The notes under the pieces: generated by a model | Told to the model about the DNA's origin: nothing | The model's input: the letters and a program-made list of their open reading frames with translations, nothing else | Database searches by the model: none | Source: Armatimonas sp. | GTDB lineage: Bacteria; Armatimonadota; Armatimonadia; Armatimonadales; Armatimonadaceae | Direction: 5' to 3' | Assembly (NCBI GenBank): GCA_049840835.1 | Contig: JASGJG010000001.1 | Coordinates: 199,282 to 263,281, forward strand | DNA: 64,000 nt | Part shown: piece after piece, positions 1 through 8,610 of the stretch | Numbering within the stretch: the stretch's first letter is position 1 | Layout: each line of letters starts with the position of its first letter | Made by a program: the position numbers and the translations under genes

Positions 1-557
1 AGATGCGTTCTCCCTGCCTTGAGCACCCCGCTGAACTCCTGCGCCTTGCTCTGTAGCGCAGCGTGAAGCTCCTTCAGATTGGGAATCAGCTTTTCAGAAA
101 GCTCTAGGTACGCCGCCACATGAATGCAGGTAGGAATGACATCGTTAGATGACTGGCACTGGTTGACGTCATCATTGGGATGAACGACTGCTTTATCTCC
201 CAGTGTTCCTCCCAGAAACTCGATAGCGCGATTCGCAATTACCTCGTTCGCATTCATGTTCGTCGAGGTGCCCGAACCGGTTTGAAACAGGTCTACGGGA
301 AACTGATCCAACAGCAGTCCATCCGCCACTTCCAGGGCGGCGCGAGCGATCGCCTCCCCTTTCTCCCGCTCTAGTAGACCGAGAGCCATATTCGCCTGAG
401 CACTGGCCCACTTCACGGTTCCCAGAGCCTGAATAAAGCTATTGGGAAACCGCAAGTCGCTGATCGGGAAATTCAGGACAGCACGCTGGGTAGATGCACC
501 ATACAACGCTGTGTCTGGCACCTGCATCTCGCCCATGGAATCACGCTCGTTTCGCAT
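1..557 (-). CDS. fumC: fumarate hydratase class II (fumarase C), N-terminal part; 3' end runs off window
   Basis: Minus-strand translation from ATG (complement 555..557) gives MRNERDSMGEMQVPDTALYGASTQRA.. followed by lyase-I family blocks GSGTSTNMNANEVIANRAIE, QSSNDVIPT, KAGRTHL; absent from ORF track only because no stop lies within window. Confidence 0.85.
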   Translation of the reverse strand, partial: MRNERDSMGEMQVPDTALYGASTQRAVLNFPISDLRFPNSFIQALGTVKWASAQANMALGLLEREKGEAIARAALEVADGLLLDQFPVDLFQTGSGTSTNMNANEVIANRAIEFLGGTLGDKAVVHPNDDVNQCQSSNDVIPTCIHVAAYLELSEKLIPNLKELHAALQSKAQEFSGVLKAGRTH

Positions 558-571
558 AGGAACTCTTCATA

Positions 572-2311
572 TCATGACGCGCCGAGCAGCACTTCTAGAG
601 GCCGGTACTGGGCATCATGCAGACGCTGGTAGACACCGCCGCGCTGAAGGAGCTCGCTGTGCCTACCCTGCTCTGCGATACCCGATTCATCCACCACGAT
701 AATCCGGTCCGCATTTTGAATGGTGGCTAATCGGTGAGCAATGACCAGCGTGGTTCGTCCCACGGCAAGCTCGGTCAGTGAGGCTTGAATGGCTCGCTCG
801 GTCTCGGTATCCAAAGCGCTGGTAGCCTCATCCAGAATCAGAATCGGCGGATTTTTCAGGAAGATACGCGCGATAGCCAGGCGCTGCTTCTGCCCGCCGG
901 AGAGCTTCACACCGCGCTCCCCAATCACTGTATCCAGACCATCGGGTAGTTCGGCAATCATCGCGTCTAATCGGGCGCGGCGGGCAGCCTCGTGAATCTC
1001 TGATTCTGTGGCATCTAACCGACCGTAGGCGATGTTCTCTTTAATGGTGCCTGCGAATAAGAAGACATCCTGCTGCACAATTCCGATATTGCGCCGCAGA
1101 GAGGCCAGGGTCATGGTGTGGATATCCATGCCGTCTATAGAGATACTGCCAGAGCTGGGCTCATAGAATCGTGGCACCAGAGAGCAGATAGTCGTCTTAC
1201 CGGCACCACTGGGACCAACGAAGGCAACGGTTTCGCCCGCATGGATGCTCAGGTTGATGTTCTTCAGGACCGTTCGGTCCGCCTCGTAGCCGAACGTAAT
1301 ATTGGTGAACTGAATATCCCCGCGCAGCTTCTCGACTGTCTTCGCATTCGGTGCATCCGCGATATCCGGGTCTGTCTCCATAAGCTCTAGATAACGTTTG
1401 AATCCCGCAATGCCCTTGGGGTAGGTCTCTAGGACCGCGTTGATCTTCTCGATAGGCCGGAAGAACACCGTGACCAGCAGCAGGAAGCCCATGAAGCCGC
1501 CGACCGTGAGCTGGTTGTGCAGCACGAAGTATGTGCCCGCAATCATCACAAAAAGCTGCACGATGCGCATGGTCATGTAGCTGAGTGACATGCTCTTGGA
1601 CATCAGCCGATACGCATCTAATTTCGTGTCTCGGTAGCGGTTATTATCCTCCGCGAACAGTGCCCGCTCATGGTCTTCGTTCGCGAAGGCCTGCACCACT
1701 CGAATACCCCCCACGTTCTCTTCGATACGGGCATTGAAATCGCCCACACGGGCGAACAAGCTACGCATGGTCTGGGTCATGGCGCGGCCATAGCGGGTGG
1801 ATATCCAGGTCATGGGAGGCACTACCAGGCCGGTGATCAATGCCAGCGTGGGGTTGAGCGTGATCATCAGCACCAGCGCTCCGATAAACGTCATGACCGC
1901 AATAAACGCATCTTCCGGTCCATGGTGCGCTACTTCACCCACGTCTTCCAGGTCCTTGGTAATGCGTGCCACCAGTCGCCCGGTCTTCTGGTTGTCGAAG
2001 AACCGGAACGATAGCTTTTGTAGATGATCAAAGATCTTACGCCGCATCTCCGTTTCTATGGAGATGCCCAGCACGTGGCCCCAGTAATTCACTACGTACT
2101 GTAAACCGGTATTGATGAGATAGATGAGCAGAAGCCCTGCCGCCGCGCTGAGAATCAGGCTCCAATTCTGGCTGGGGAGCAGTTTATCCACAAACGATTT
2201 CACGGCTAGCGGAAACGCAAGCTCGAACAACCCGGAGATAACCGCGCAGGAGAAATCCAGGACAAAGAGTTTCTTGTGGGGACGATAGTAGGCAAAAAAC
2301 CGACGAAGCAT
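572..2311 (-). CDS. ABC exporter, fused transmembrane + ATP-binding protein (MsbA-like)
   Basis: 579 aa; N-terminal multi-TM exporter domain, Walker A GPSGAGKTT, ABC signature LSGGQKQRLAIARIF, Walker B ILILDEATS. Confidence 0.9.
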   Translation of the reverse strand: MLRRFFAYYRPHKKLFVLDFSCAVISGLFELAFPLAVKSFVDKLLPSQNWSLILSAAAGLLLIYLINTGLQYVVNYWGHVLGISIETEMRRKIFDHLQKLSFRFFDNQKTGRLVARITKDLEDVGEVAHHGPEDAFIAVMTFIGALVLMITLNPTLALITGLVVPPMTWISTRYGRAMTQTMRSLFARVGDFNARIEENVGGIRVVQAFANEDHERALFAEDNNRYRDTKLDAYRLMSKSMSLSYMTMRIVQLFVMIAGTYFVLHNQLTVGGFMGFLLLVTVFFRPIEKINAVLETYPKGIAGFKRYLELMETDPDIADAPNAKTVEKLRGDIQFTNITFGYEADRTVLKNINLSIHAGETVAFVGPSGAGKTTICSLVPRFYEPSSGSISIDGMDIHTMTLASLRRNIGIVQQDVFLFAGTIKENIAYGRLDATESEIHEAARRARLDAMIAELPDGLDTVIGERGVKLSGGQKQRLAIARIFLKNPPILILDEATSALDTETERAIQASLTELAVGRTTLVIAHRLATIQNADRIIVVDESGIAEQGRHSELLQRGGVYQRLHDAQYRPLEVLLGAS

Positions 2312-2350
2312 AACGCAATCAGTCTACCCGATACGCCCGCTTACTGGTTT

Positions 2351-2794
2351 TCAGTGCGCTCCCAGCCGTGCCTCACGCATGAGCGCGGCCCCAGTGAGAA
2401 TGAGCAGCCCGCAGACTATATTGATACCCGACCATAATCCTCTGTGGCGCTGCATGCCTTTCAGCCGCTCATTGGGCAGAGCGAGCAGAAACGTGATGCC
2501 GAACAGCCCCACTGCCCCGATCATCTTGATGCCGAAAGCAATCAGATAACCGCGCGGGTCCTTAATCTGTGGGAAGATAGCCAGCCACTGTACGATGCCC
2601 GTGACGGCTATGACACCCACACCGGTCCACTTAATCAAAGCGAAACGGGCAATCATACGCTTCAGAAACGGCTCACGCTCGGCTTCCAGAAGTGAGGGCA
2701 GTGATGGCCAGAGCACCGCGCGCGCGTAGAATAGGCCACCCAGTGACGTGCAGGTGGCAGCTAAGTGCAAAATATGGCAGACCAGGTTCAGCAC
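2351..2794 (-). CDS. small integral membrane protein (about 4 TM), unknown function
   Basis: 147 aa, strongly hydrophobic helices; no recognisable catalytic motif. Confidence 0.45.
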   Translation of the reverse strand: MLNLVCHILHLAATCTSLGGLFYARAVLWPSLPSLLEAEREPFLKRMIARFALIKWTGVGVIAVTGIVQWLAIFPQIKDPRGYLIAFGIKMIGAVGLFGITFLLALPNERLKGMQRHRGLWSGINIVCGLLILTGAALMREARLGAH

Positions 2795-2795
2795 A

Positions 2796-3698
2796 CTACG
2801 CCCCAGTCTGCTCTTCTGCTTCCTCTTGCGCCGCTAGCACCCGCCCCCGCCAGAACGTGAGTGCGTAGGTAATCACGCCACCTAGCGCGCCGACCAGTAT
2901 TGGGGCTGCCCAGAGCGTGCCGTCGAACCGGCGGAACAGCCAGCCGCTCGCGGCACCCTGGATTCCACCAACTATCAGGCAGATAAGGGTAACAAGCAGC
3001 AGAGACTTCTTCCAGGAATCGGGGGAGAAGTGGCTTGCGCCCGCCGCGAAGACACCACTCATGGCGCCGACCATGAGCGCGCTAACAGCTAAATCCGCAC
3101 TCTGAAACGGCAGAAACGCCAGCAGATAACCCGCTGCCCCGAAGGAGAACGGCTCTAGCCAGTGGCCATCGCGCCCGTAGTCTATGGGAAGGCCTTCTGC
3201 GGCGGCTTCCCGGTGGATACGCTCATCATCGCGCGCGAAGTAGGACAGAAACGCGCCCACCGGCGGGCCGACATAGAGAAACACCAGCAGCCATTTCCAG
3301 ACTGGCTGACCCAGAAAGGGATAGAAGGGTTTGAGCGCATAGAACAACGCAACCGCTATAGGCAACCCCCAGGCCGCGCCCACGCCGATATGCCGCCGCA
3401 TCTGGAGCGGCCCCAACAGGCTTTTCTGCACCAGCACCTGAAGGATAGCGGCAATCGCTCCCAGTCCGAAGAGGGTAAATGGAGGCACTGGAGTGCCGAG
3501 AACCAGCGCTCCTATCAATAAGAAGCCGCACCAGCCAATCAGCCCTGTCAGAAAGCTGGAGGGCCATGAGCTACGTCGCACAAACGGGTTGCGCGGAACC
3601 ACCGTCGTATCCGGCATGGCTGTAGTATAACCTGGAACCTTCGGCGATAGAGTATTGCTATGGCGTACTACCCGGACCTCAGCCCATATACCTACCAC
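2796..3698 (-). CDS. polytopic membrane protein, unknown function (true start may be internal Met near 3620)
   Basis: 300-aa ORF, multiple hydrophobic segments; overlaps 3660..4202 plus ORF so N-terminus uncertain. Confidence 0.45.
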   Translation of the reverse strand: MVGIWAEVRVVRHSNTLSPKVPGYTTAMPDTTVVPRNPFVRRSSWPSSFLTGLIGWCGFLLIGALVLGTPVPPFTLFGLGAIAAILQVLVQKSLLGPLQMRRHIGVGAAWGLPIAVALFYALKPFYPFLGQPVWKWLLVFLYVGPPVGAFLSYFARDDERIHREAAAEGLPIDYGRDGHWLEPFSFGAAGYLLAFLPFQSADLAVSALMVGAMSGVFAAGASHFSPDSWKKSLLLVTLICLIVGGIQGAASGWLFRRFDGTLWAAPILVGALGGVITYALTFWRGRVLAAQEEAEEQTGA

Positions 3699-4202
3699 CT
3701 TTTCCCAAGAGACCCATCGGCGATTGAAAAAGCGTATCCGGATGCACGGAATATCGGCTGGCTAGATAATTCGGAGCCATTTCCGCAGTGGGATACGCCG
3801 CCAGATGCGCTGCTATTGAAGCGACTTCTAGCGCATACCATCCTCTTTGTGATGCTGATGCGTGGCTATCATAGATGCCAATGGTGCTCTGGCAATAAGA
3901 ACGAACCTGGGCGTAACCTGCTTATCTATGAGGGGCATGAAATACTCTTAGACAACGGCGAGATTCTGGTAGTCGGCACCGATGGTGTCGCCTTTCGCGC
4001 CCCAGTGATGCTCTATCACTACATCACAGAGCATCGCTACAATCCGCCGCGAGTCTTCTGGGATGCTCTGCAGGTTTCATCACCGGCCCTGGGATTCGAC
4101 CTGGAAGATTCGGAGCGAACCCCTTTTAGCGACCAGGCGTATGAAAAGGGGCGTCAGGAAGAGCGGCGGAAAAGACGCGCTTTTGCACTACAGCTCCTTT
4201 AA
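3660..4202 (+). CDS. hypothetical protein
   Basis: 180-aa ORF in intergenic position between minus-strand genes; Cys-containing CQWCSG motif; no family assignment possible by eye. Confidence 0.35.
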   Translation: MAYYPDLSPYTYHLFPRDPSAIEKAYPDARNIGWLDNSEPFPQWDTPPDALLLKRLLAHTILFVMLMRGYHRCQWCSGNKNEPGRNLLIYEGHEILLDNGEILVVGTDGVAFRAPVMLYHYITEHRYNPPRVFWDALQVSSPALGFDLEDSERTPFSDQAYEKGRQEERRKRRAFALQLL

Positions 4203-5275
4203 TGGGGTGATGTTGTAACCGTAATCAAATAGCTCTGCTCCGCTGTCTGGAGCAGCAAATGCTGACTATCAGGGTGCCACACAAGGTCGTAAAGCAACTC
4301 CTGCCCCACATAGAGGCAGCGCTGAGCAGATCCGTCGCGGTGGGCTACCCATACTTCGAAGTGAATGGAGGGTTCTGGCCCGGCAATAAAGCGGCCCCAG
4401 AATTTCTGCCCGAAGGCGAGCTCTGTGGTGATGTAGGTTACGACCACATGATTTCCATCGGGGGAAATACTGGTTCCATAGGGGAGCATCATCGTATTGG
4501 TAGAACCATGTTGGAGGGGGAAATCGGCACTCTCACTTACTGTGAAAGGAGCCTGGCTATCTACCGTGTAAAAACGCAATTGCTCCAGCTCAACGAACTC
4601 GGTAAGACCCTCGGGGACTACCTGGTAACTCTCTCTAATAAGAATCTTTCCATCCGGCAGGAGACCACAGGGAGAGCGATGCCAGTTCTCGCTGGAAAGC
4701 GGTGGAAGAGGCACCGAAATACTCTGGCAGTTGAGGTCATAAATAAAAAGATTCGTGGCTGTTGTGGATGCCCAGTGCGAGGAATTCTGGAGCCAGAGAG
4801 GACCCGCTTCCAGAGGCTTATAGGCTGGCTGTGGAGTAGTGGTGAGTTTTCCATGGTCATCCATGAGCCAGCTACGCTGTTTTATAGGCCATAACCCTTC
4901 GGTGTAATCCCGCTGCTGAAATAGTATCTGTGTAATTAGAGTCCATTTTCCATCAGGAGAGAAACTCCAGTAAAGGGACTCCTGATCTGTGCCGTTCAGG
5001 CGCTTTTTCAAGATTCCCGGTGGTTGGGGTAGCGGTTTTGCTGGGAAAGTAACACCTGTAGAGGGATTCCAGAGAAAGCGTTGTTTTTTGGGAGTGATTA
5101 TCTCCACTGAGCCATCTAGCATCCATTGATACTTGCCCGGCAGAGGTACCGGAACCGCTTTTAAGTCCTTTAAAGAAGGATAGGTAGATTGCGGTGAGCT
5201 ATGCCGGGCCGAACGAAAAGCCACTCCAATACAGAAGGCGATTCCTAAAACAATGACTCCTAATTGCCACTTCAT
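4199..5275 (-). CDS. secreted/membrane-anchored hypothetical protein (possible beta-propeller)
   Basis: 358 aa; N-terminal signal/anchor MKWQLGVIVLGIAFCIGVAF; W/Y/G-rich repeats. Confidence 0.5.
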   Translation of the reverse strand: MKWQLGVIVLGIAFCIGVAFRSARHSSPQSTYPSLKDLKAVPVPLPGKYQWMLDGSVEIITPKKQRFLWNPSTGVTFPAKPLPQPPGILKKRLNGTDQESLYWSFSPDGKWTLITQILFQQRDYTEGLWPIKQRSWLMDDHGKLTTTPQPAYKPLEAGPLWLQNSSHWASTTATNLFIYDLNCQSISVPLPPLSSENWHRSPCGLLPDGKILIRESYQVVPEGLTEFVELEQLRFYTVDSQAPFTVSESADFPLQHGSTNTMMLPYGTSISPDGNHVVVTYITTELAFGQKFWGRFIAGPEPSIHFEVWVAHRDGSAQRCLYVGQELLYDLVWHPDSQHLLLQTAEQSYLITVTTSPH

Positions 5276-5378
5276 AAAGCCTTGCTGATTAAACGGAACT
5301 CAAGGCGAATTAGTTACGCAGGAGCAACCGTTAACCCGTTGTCCCTGTACCAGCCATAGTCCTGAACTCGACCAAAAC

Positions 5379-5888
5379 CTACTTTATAAAACCAGCGGCT
5401 CCTTCGCGTGGTACTGTTACGCCTCTAGCGTCTTGCTCATACGAAGTTACCTTCCACTTGCCCGCACGTAGCTGGATGGATTCCGTGGTACGGCCCCCTC
5501 CACTAGCGGCCAGTTGGGTGGCTTTTAAAAAAGAAACGTCTTCCAACTCTACCCGCTGGTATTCAAAAGGTCTTTCAGCACCACGCAGCATAACAAAATG
5601 GAGGATCAGCTTGCCGGGTATCCGTGCATTGGCAGCCAGACTCAACCATGCCGCAGAGTTACGGTCACTGGATTTTTCAAAGGCAATGGTAATATTTTTT
5701 CCGTCAGGAGTCAGAGTGCAAAACATCAACTCTGTCTGCCTGGGATAGTCTTTTTGGACAGACCCACCCTGAGGAGTTCCCGGCCCAACCCCCTCTAGAA
5801 ACAGGTCGGCTCGGGATACAGATGCTAGGGCGAGAAGGGCAGTGGCGCAAAGCAAAAGTCGTTTCATAATGCTCTGTACTATACCCAC
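5379..5888 (-). CDS. secreted hypothetical protein with signal peptide
   Basis: 169 aa; signal peptide MKRLLLCATALLALASVSRA. Confidence 0.5.
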   Translation of the reverse strand: MGIVQSIMKRLLLCATALLALASVSRADLFLEGVGPGTPQGGSVQKDYPRQTELMFCTLTPDGKNITIAFEKSSDRNSAAWLSLAANARIPGKLILHFVMLRGAERPFEYQRVELEDVSFLKATQLAASGGGRTTESIQLRAGKWKVTSYEQDARGVTVPREGAAGFIK

Positions 5889-5931
5889 GTTGGCAGGATT
5901 CGAAGCAGGGCATTATGCGCTTATGAGAATC

Positions 5932-6384
5932 TCAAGGAGTTCGCCACCGCGCCTGGTTGGATTGGAGCAGCACTTCTACATTTAACTCTATCGAGTTCGG
6001 TCGAGAAAGCTGCTCTGCCCGTGCAAAGATGCGTTGGGTACGTTCTTTCCATTCTGGATGCTCTATCCAGAAACTATCTTCCCGGTGTAGAACATATTCC
6101 AGTAGGTCGCCGGGATATAACTCGGCGTTGATCAGCGGCTGGCGCTCCAGCACTTCCAACGCCAGCGGTATCAGAAACTCTGTTCCGATATTCTGACCCA
6201 ACAGAATACGAAGATCCGCTGGTGTCATCTCGCCTACGGGAACGGTTCGTAGAGCATGGCATCGTCCGACAAGATGAGAGACGTAATCGTCCTCTTCAGG
6301 TGGCTCCCAGACATCGTTTTCTAGTTCGTTGAGGGTTTTTGTGCGGTCAAAAGATATAGGCTCAAGCTGCTCTTGCCTCGGCAT
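5932..6384 (-). CDS. small acidic cytoplasmic hypothetical protein (immunity-protein-like size/composition)
   Basis: 150 aa ORF at edge of low-GC island; no motif recognised. Confidence 0.4.
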   Translation of the reverse strand: MPRQEQLEPISFDRTKTLNELENDVWEPPEEDDYVSHLVGRCHALRTVPVGEMTPADLRILLGQNIGTEFLIPLALEVLERQPLINAELYPGDLLEYVLHREDSFWIEHPEWKERTQRIFARAEQLSRPNSIELNVEVLLQSNQARWRTP

Positions 6385-6763
6385 GGTCGCGATACCACTC
6401 TCGTACTCTCTCTATCATGAAATTCAGCGATTCTGGGGAGATTACTTTCAGAGCATCATTGTGCAGGATGTATCCATGGTCCATCTCGAAGCAAATAAAG
6501 AAGACTGGAAAAGCGAAGCGTTTAAAATGCTCGGTGGATTCTTTTAACTTACTTAATGAGATATCCCCCGCGTGACGAAAACCTTGGACTTCTATGCCAA
6601 AGAGCCGACCAATGTCTTGACTCTTTTCTAGAAGGGAGCAAACGATGTCCGGCCAATTTTTCTCGTCTACATCAATTAAGGAGATTTCATTCTGTCGAAG
6701 TAAGAGAATTCGACCCATATGAAAGGCACGAAGTTTTAAGAGAGATTCCTGTGTGGCTTCCAT
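6362..6763 (-). CDS. hypothetical protein, lower-GC
   Basis: 133 aa ORF, GC ~45%, immediately downstream (same strand) of the AT-rich 584-aa gene. Confidence 0.4.
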   Translation of the reverse strand: MEATQESLLKLRAFHMGRILLLRQNEISLIDVDEKNWPDIVCSLLEKSQDIGRLFGIEVQGFRHAGDISLSKLKESTEHFKRFAFPVFFICFEMDHGYILHNDALKVISPESLNFMIERVREWYRDHAEARAA

Positions 6764-6769
6764 ATGGTT

Positions 6770-8524
6770 TCATTCTTGATCAAAAAATTCAGATTTGATC
6801 GTTTCTATTGATCTTCTAAAATTCTCTAATAAATAATTTCCATCTTTTATTTCTTTCTTTAGATGATTGCTAATATAAAAGTTAATTCCTATTTCGTTAG
6901 ATGTTCTGAAGTGTCTGTACTGAGCAAGAAGATGATTGAATTGTAAGTTTTTGCTAAATGTTGAGTAGGCTTCAATGTCATCAATTGACATAACTGTTAT
7001 GCTATGCACGGGTGGTGTTGATAGCGAATCACTCATTGCGATTTGTTTGCCGAATTCAGACTGGAGATATCCTAAAATTCCCGGTGACATTATGGAAGGA
7101 TCGTAAGTGACTATTACAGGGTATATACCTCTGCATTTTTTAATATCAATCTGGTAGTTTACTATTGGTTGGCCATTGATAAGTTTATTGATGCTGTCTG
7201 ATAGCTGGCTGATGCCTTTTCTTGATTTTGGCTTTCCTATAAATCTGTCTACTACATCTTTATGTAAAATGTTAGGATCTCCTGAATATTTAGCTTGTGT
7301 TGTTAAAATAGAAGCTTTCACCTCTATGAGAATTAAAAATTCTCCATCGTTACATTCTAACAAGATGTCACAAACTTCAGCATTGTCTTTGAATTTTGGA
7401 TTTTTATAAACAATTTGGCTTTTCGATTTTAGATACTGTTCTGAAGTATGTTCTAGTATTGAATATGCGTATTCCTCTACTATTTCCCCGAAAAATGCTC
7501 TGAAATTTACTTTTTCTGGATCAGAGAGGTGGTCATTGATAGTCCAGTAAATTATATCAAAAAATGATTGATATAAAAATCCTCTGTCGTATATAACGTG
7601 GTTTTTATCAATACTTATAACTGGTGTCATTCTGAGGATTGTCATGTCGTTAATTCTAGAATGATGACCTTTAGAAAATAGAAGTGTTGATAAATCGTTT
7701 ATATCTCGTGATATTACTGCTAAACACATCTTGAAAATGTCTTTGGGGGATGTGGTGTTTGTTAAAAACAAATCTTCATTTACAATGAGTGGATCAGATC
7801 TTTCAATGGAGTGAGGGCTATATGATTCTGATCTGACAAATAAAAGAGTAAGGAACTTTATGAAGTATTCAAGACTTACCCCTGTGCATTCTAAAAATGG
7901 TTTTTCAAATGAAACGTAATTGCTTGATTTTTGTAATTTGTTTGGAATATTAAGCCAGATTTCATTGGCGCGTCCTATAACCGGAAGTGCTTGTTGACCA
8001 TAGCTCATTTCGGCGATAGGGATCATCATGGAGGCCAACTGAAACGGTTGCTGTGATGACGGAAGAGAATCATCAATTTTTGAGTTTTGAGAAAATAAAT
8101 CATTAACCATGAATAGTGCTTTGCCAAATTCAGTTAGAAATTGAGAATTGCCTTGAGCGGATGTTACTCTGGTTAGTCCGTTATTTTGAGGACATGATTC
8201 TATAGATAATTTCAAAAATAGTAAAAACTGATGACGATGGAATAATAATAAATCGGTTTTGTTCTGCTTTACAAAAGCGAAAATATTATCCTTGTAATCA
8301 GGAAGAAGAGTGTCAATAAGGCTTTTCTGAAGACGGTTATTTGATATATTGTTGTGATCTGCACCAGTAAGTGCAGGCATTATTACAGAAAGTAAACTAA
8401 TTACTTCGTATATATTGAGCTGGGATAAAATACGGATTATATCACTGTAATTTGCCTTTGATCCAGTAATATCTTCGTGTGTTATGTATGTTCGTATGTA
8501 GTCGTCAGAAGTCATAGGGTACAT
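6770..8524 (-). CDS. large AT-rich-encoded protein with PD-(D/E)xK nuclease-like motif; candidate defence/abortive-infection nuclease
   Basis: 584 aa; coding GC ~33% versus ~60% flanks; motif CDILLE..x10..ILIEVKAS fits D..ExK restriction-endonuclease-like core; AT-rich promoter-like region 8525..8610. Confidence 0.6.
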   Translation of the reverse strand: MYPMTSDDYIRTYITHEDITGSKANYSDIIRILSQLNIYEVISLLSVIMPALTGADHNNISNNRLQKSLIDTLLPDYKDNIFAFVKQNKTDLLLFHRHQFLLFLKLSIESCPQNNGLTRVTSAQGNSQFLTEFGKALFMVNDLFSQNSKIDDSLPSSQQPFQLASMMIPIAEMSYGQQALPVIGRANEIWLNIPNKLQKSSNYVSFEKPFLECTGVSLEYFIKFLTLLFVRSESYSPHSIERSDPLIVNEDLFLTNTTSPKDIFKMCLAVISRDINDLSTLLFSKGHHSRINDMTILRMTPVISIDKNHVIYDRGFLYQSFFDIIYWTINDHLSDPEKVNFRAFFGEIVEEYAYSILEHTSEQYLKSKSQIVYKNPKFKDNAEVCDILLECNDGEFLILIEVKASILTTQAKYSGDPNILHKDVVDRFIGKPKSRKGISQLSDSINKLINGQPIVNYQIDIKKCRGIYPVIVTYDPSIMSPGILGYLQSEFGKQIAMSDSLSTPPVHSITVMSIDDIEAYSTFSKNLQFNHLLAQYRHFRTSNEIGINFYISNHLKKEIKDGNYLLENFRRSIETIKSEFFDQE

Positions 8525-8610
8525 GTTGGCACCATGATTGAGATATTTCTATATCTCGCAGTTGCATATAAATGCTAGATTTTTATCTTTATTAGTATAG
8601 GGAAATCCTA

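Noticed and set aside
4259-4894. 211-aa plus-strand ORF
   Set aside because: Antisense within the 358-aa minus-strand secreted-protein gene.
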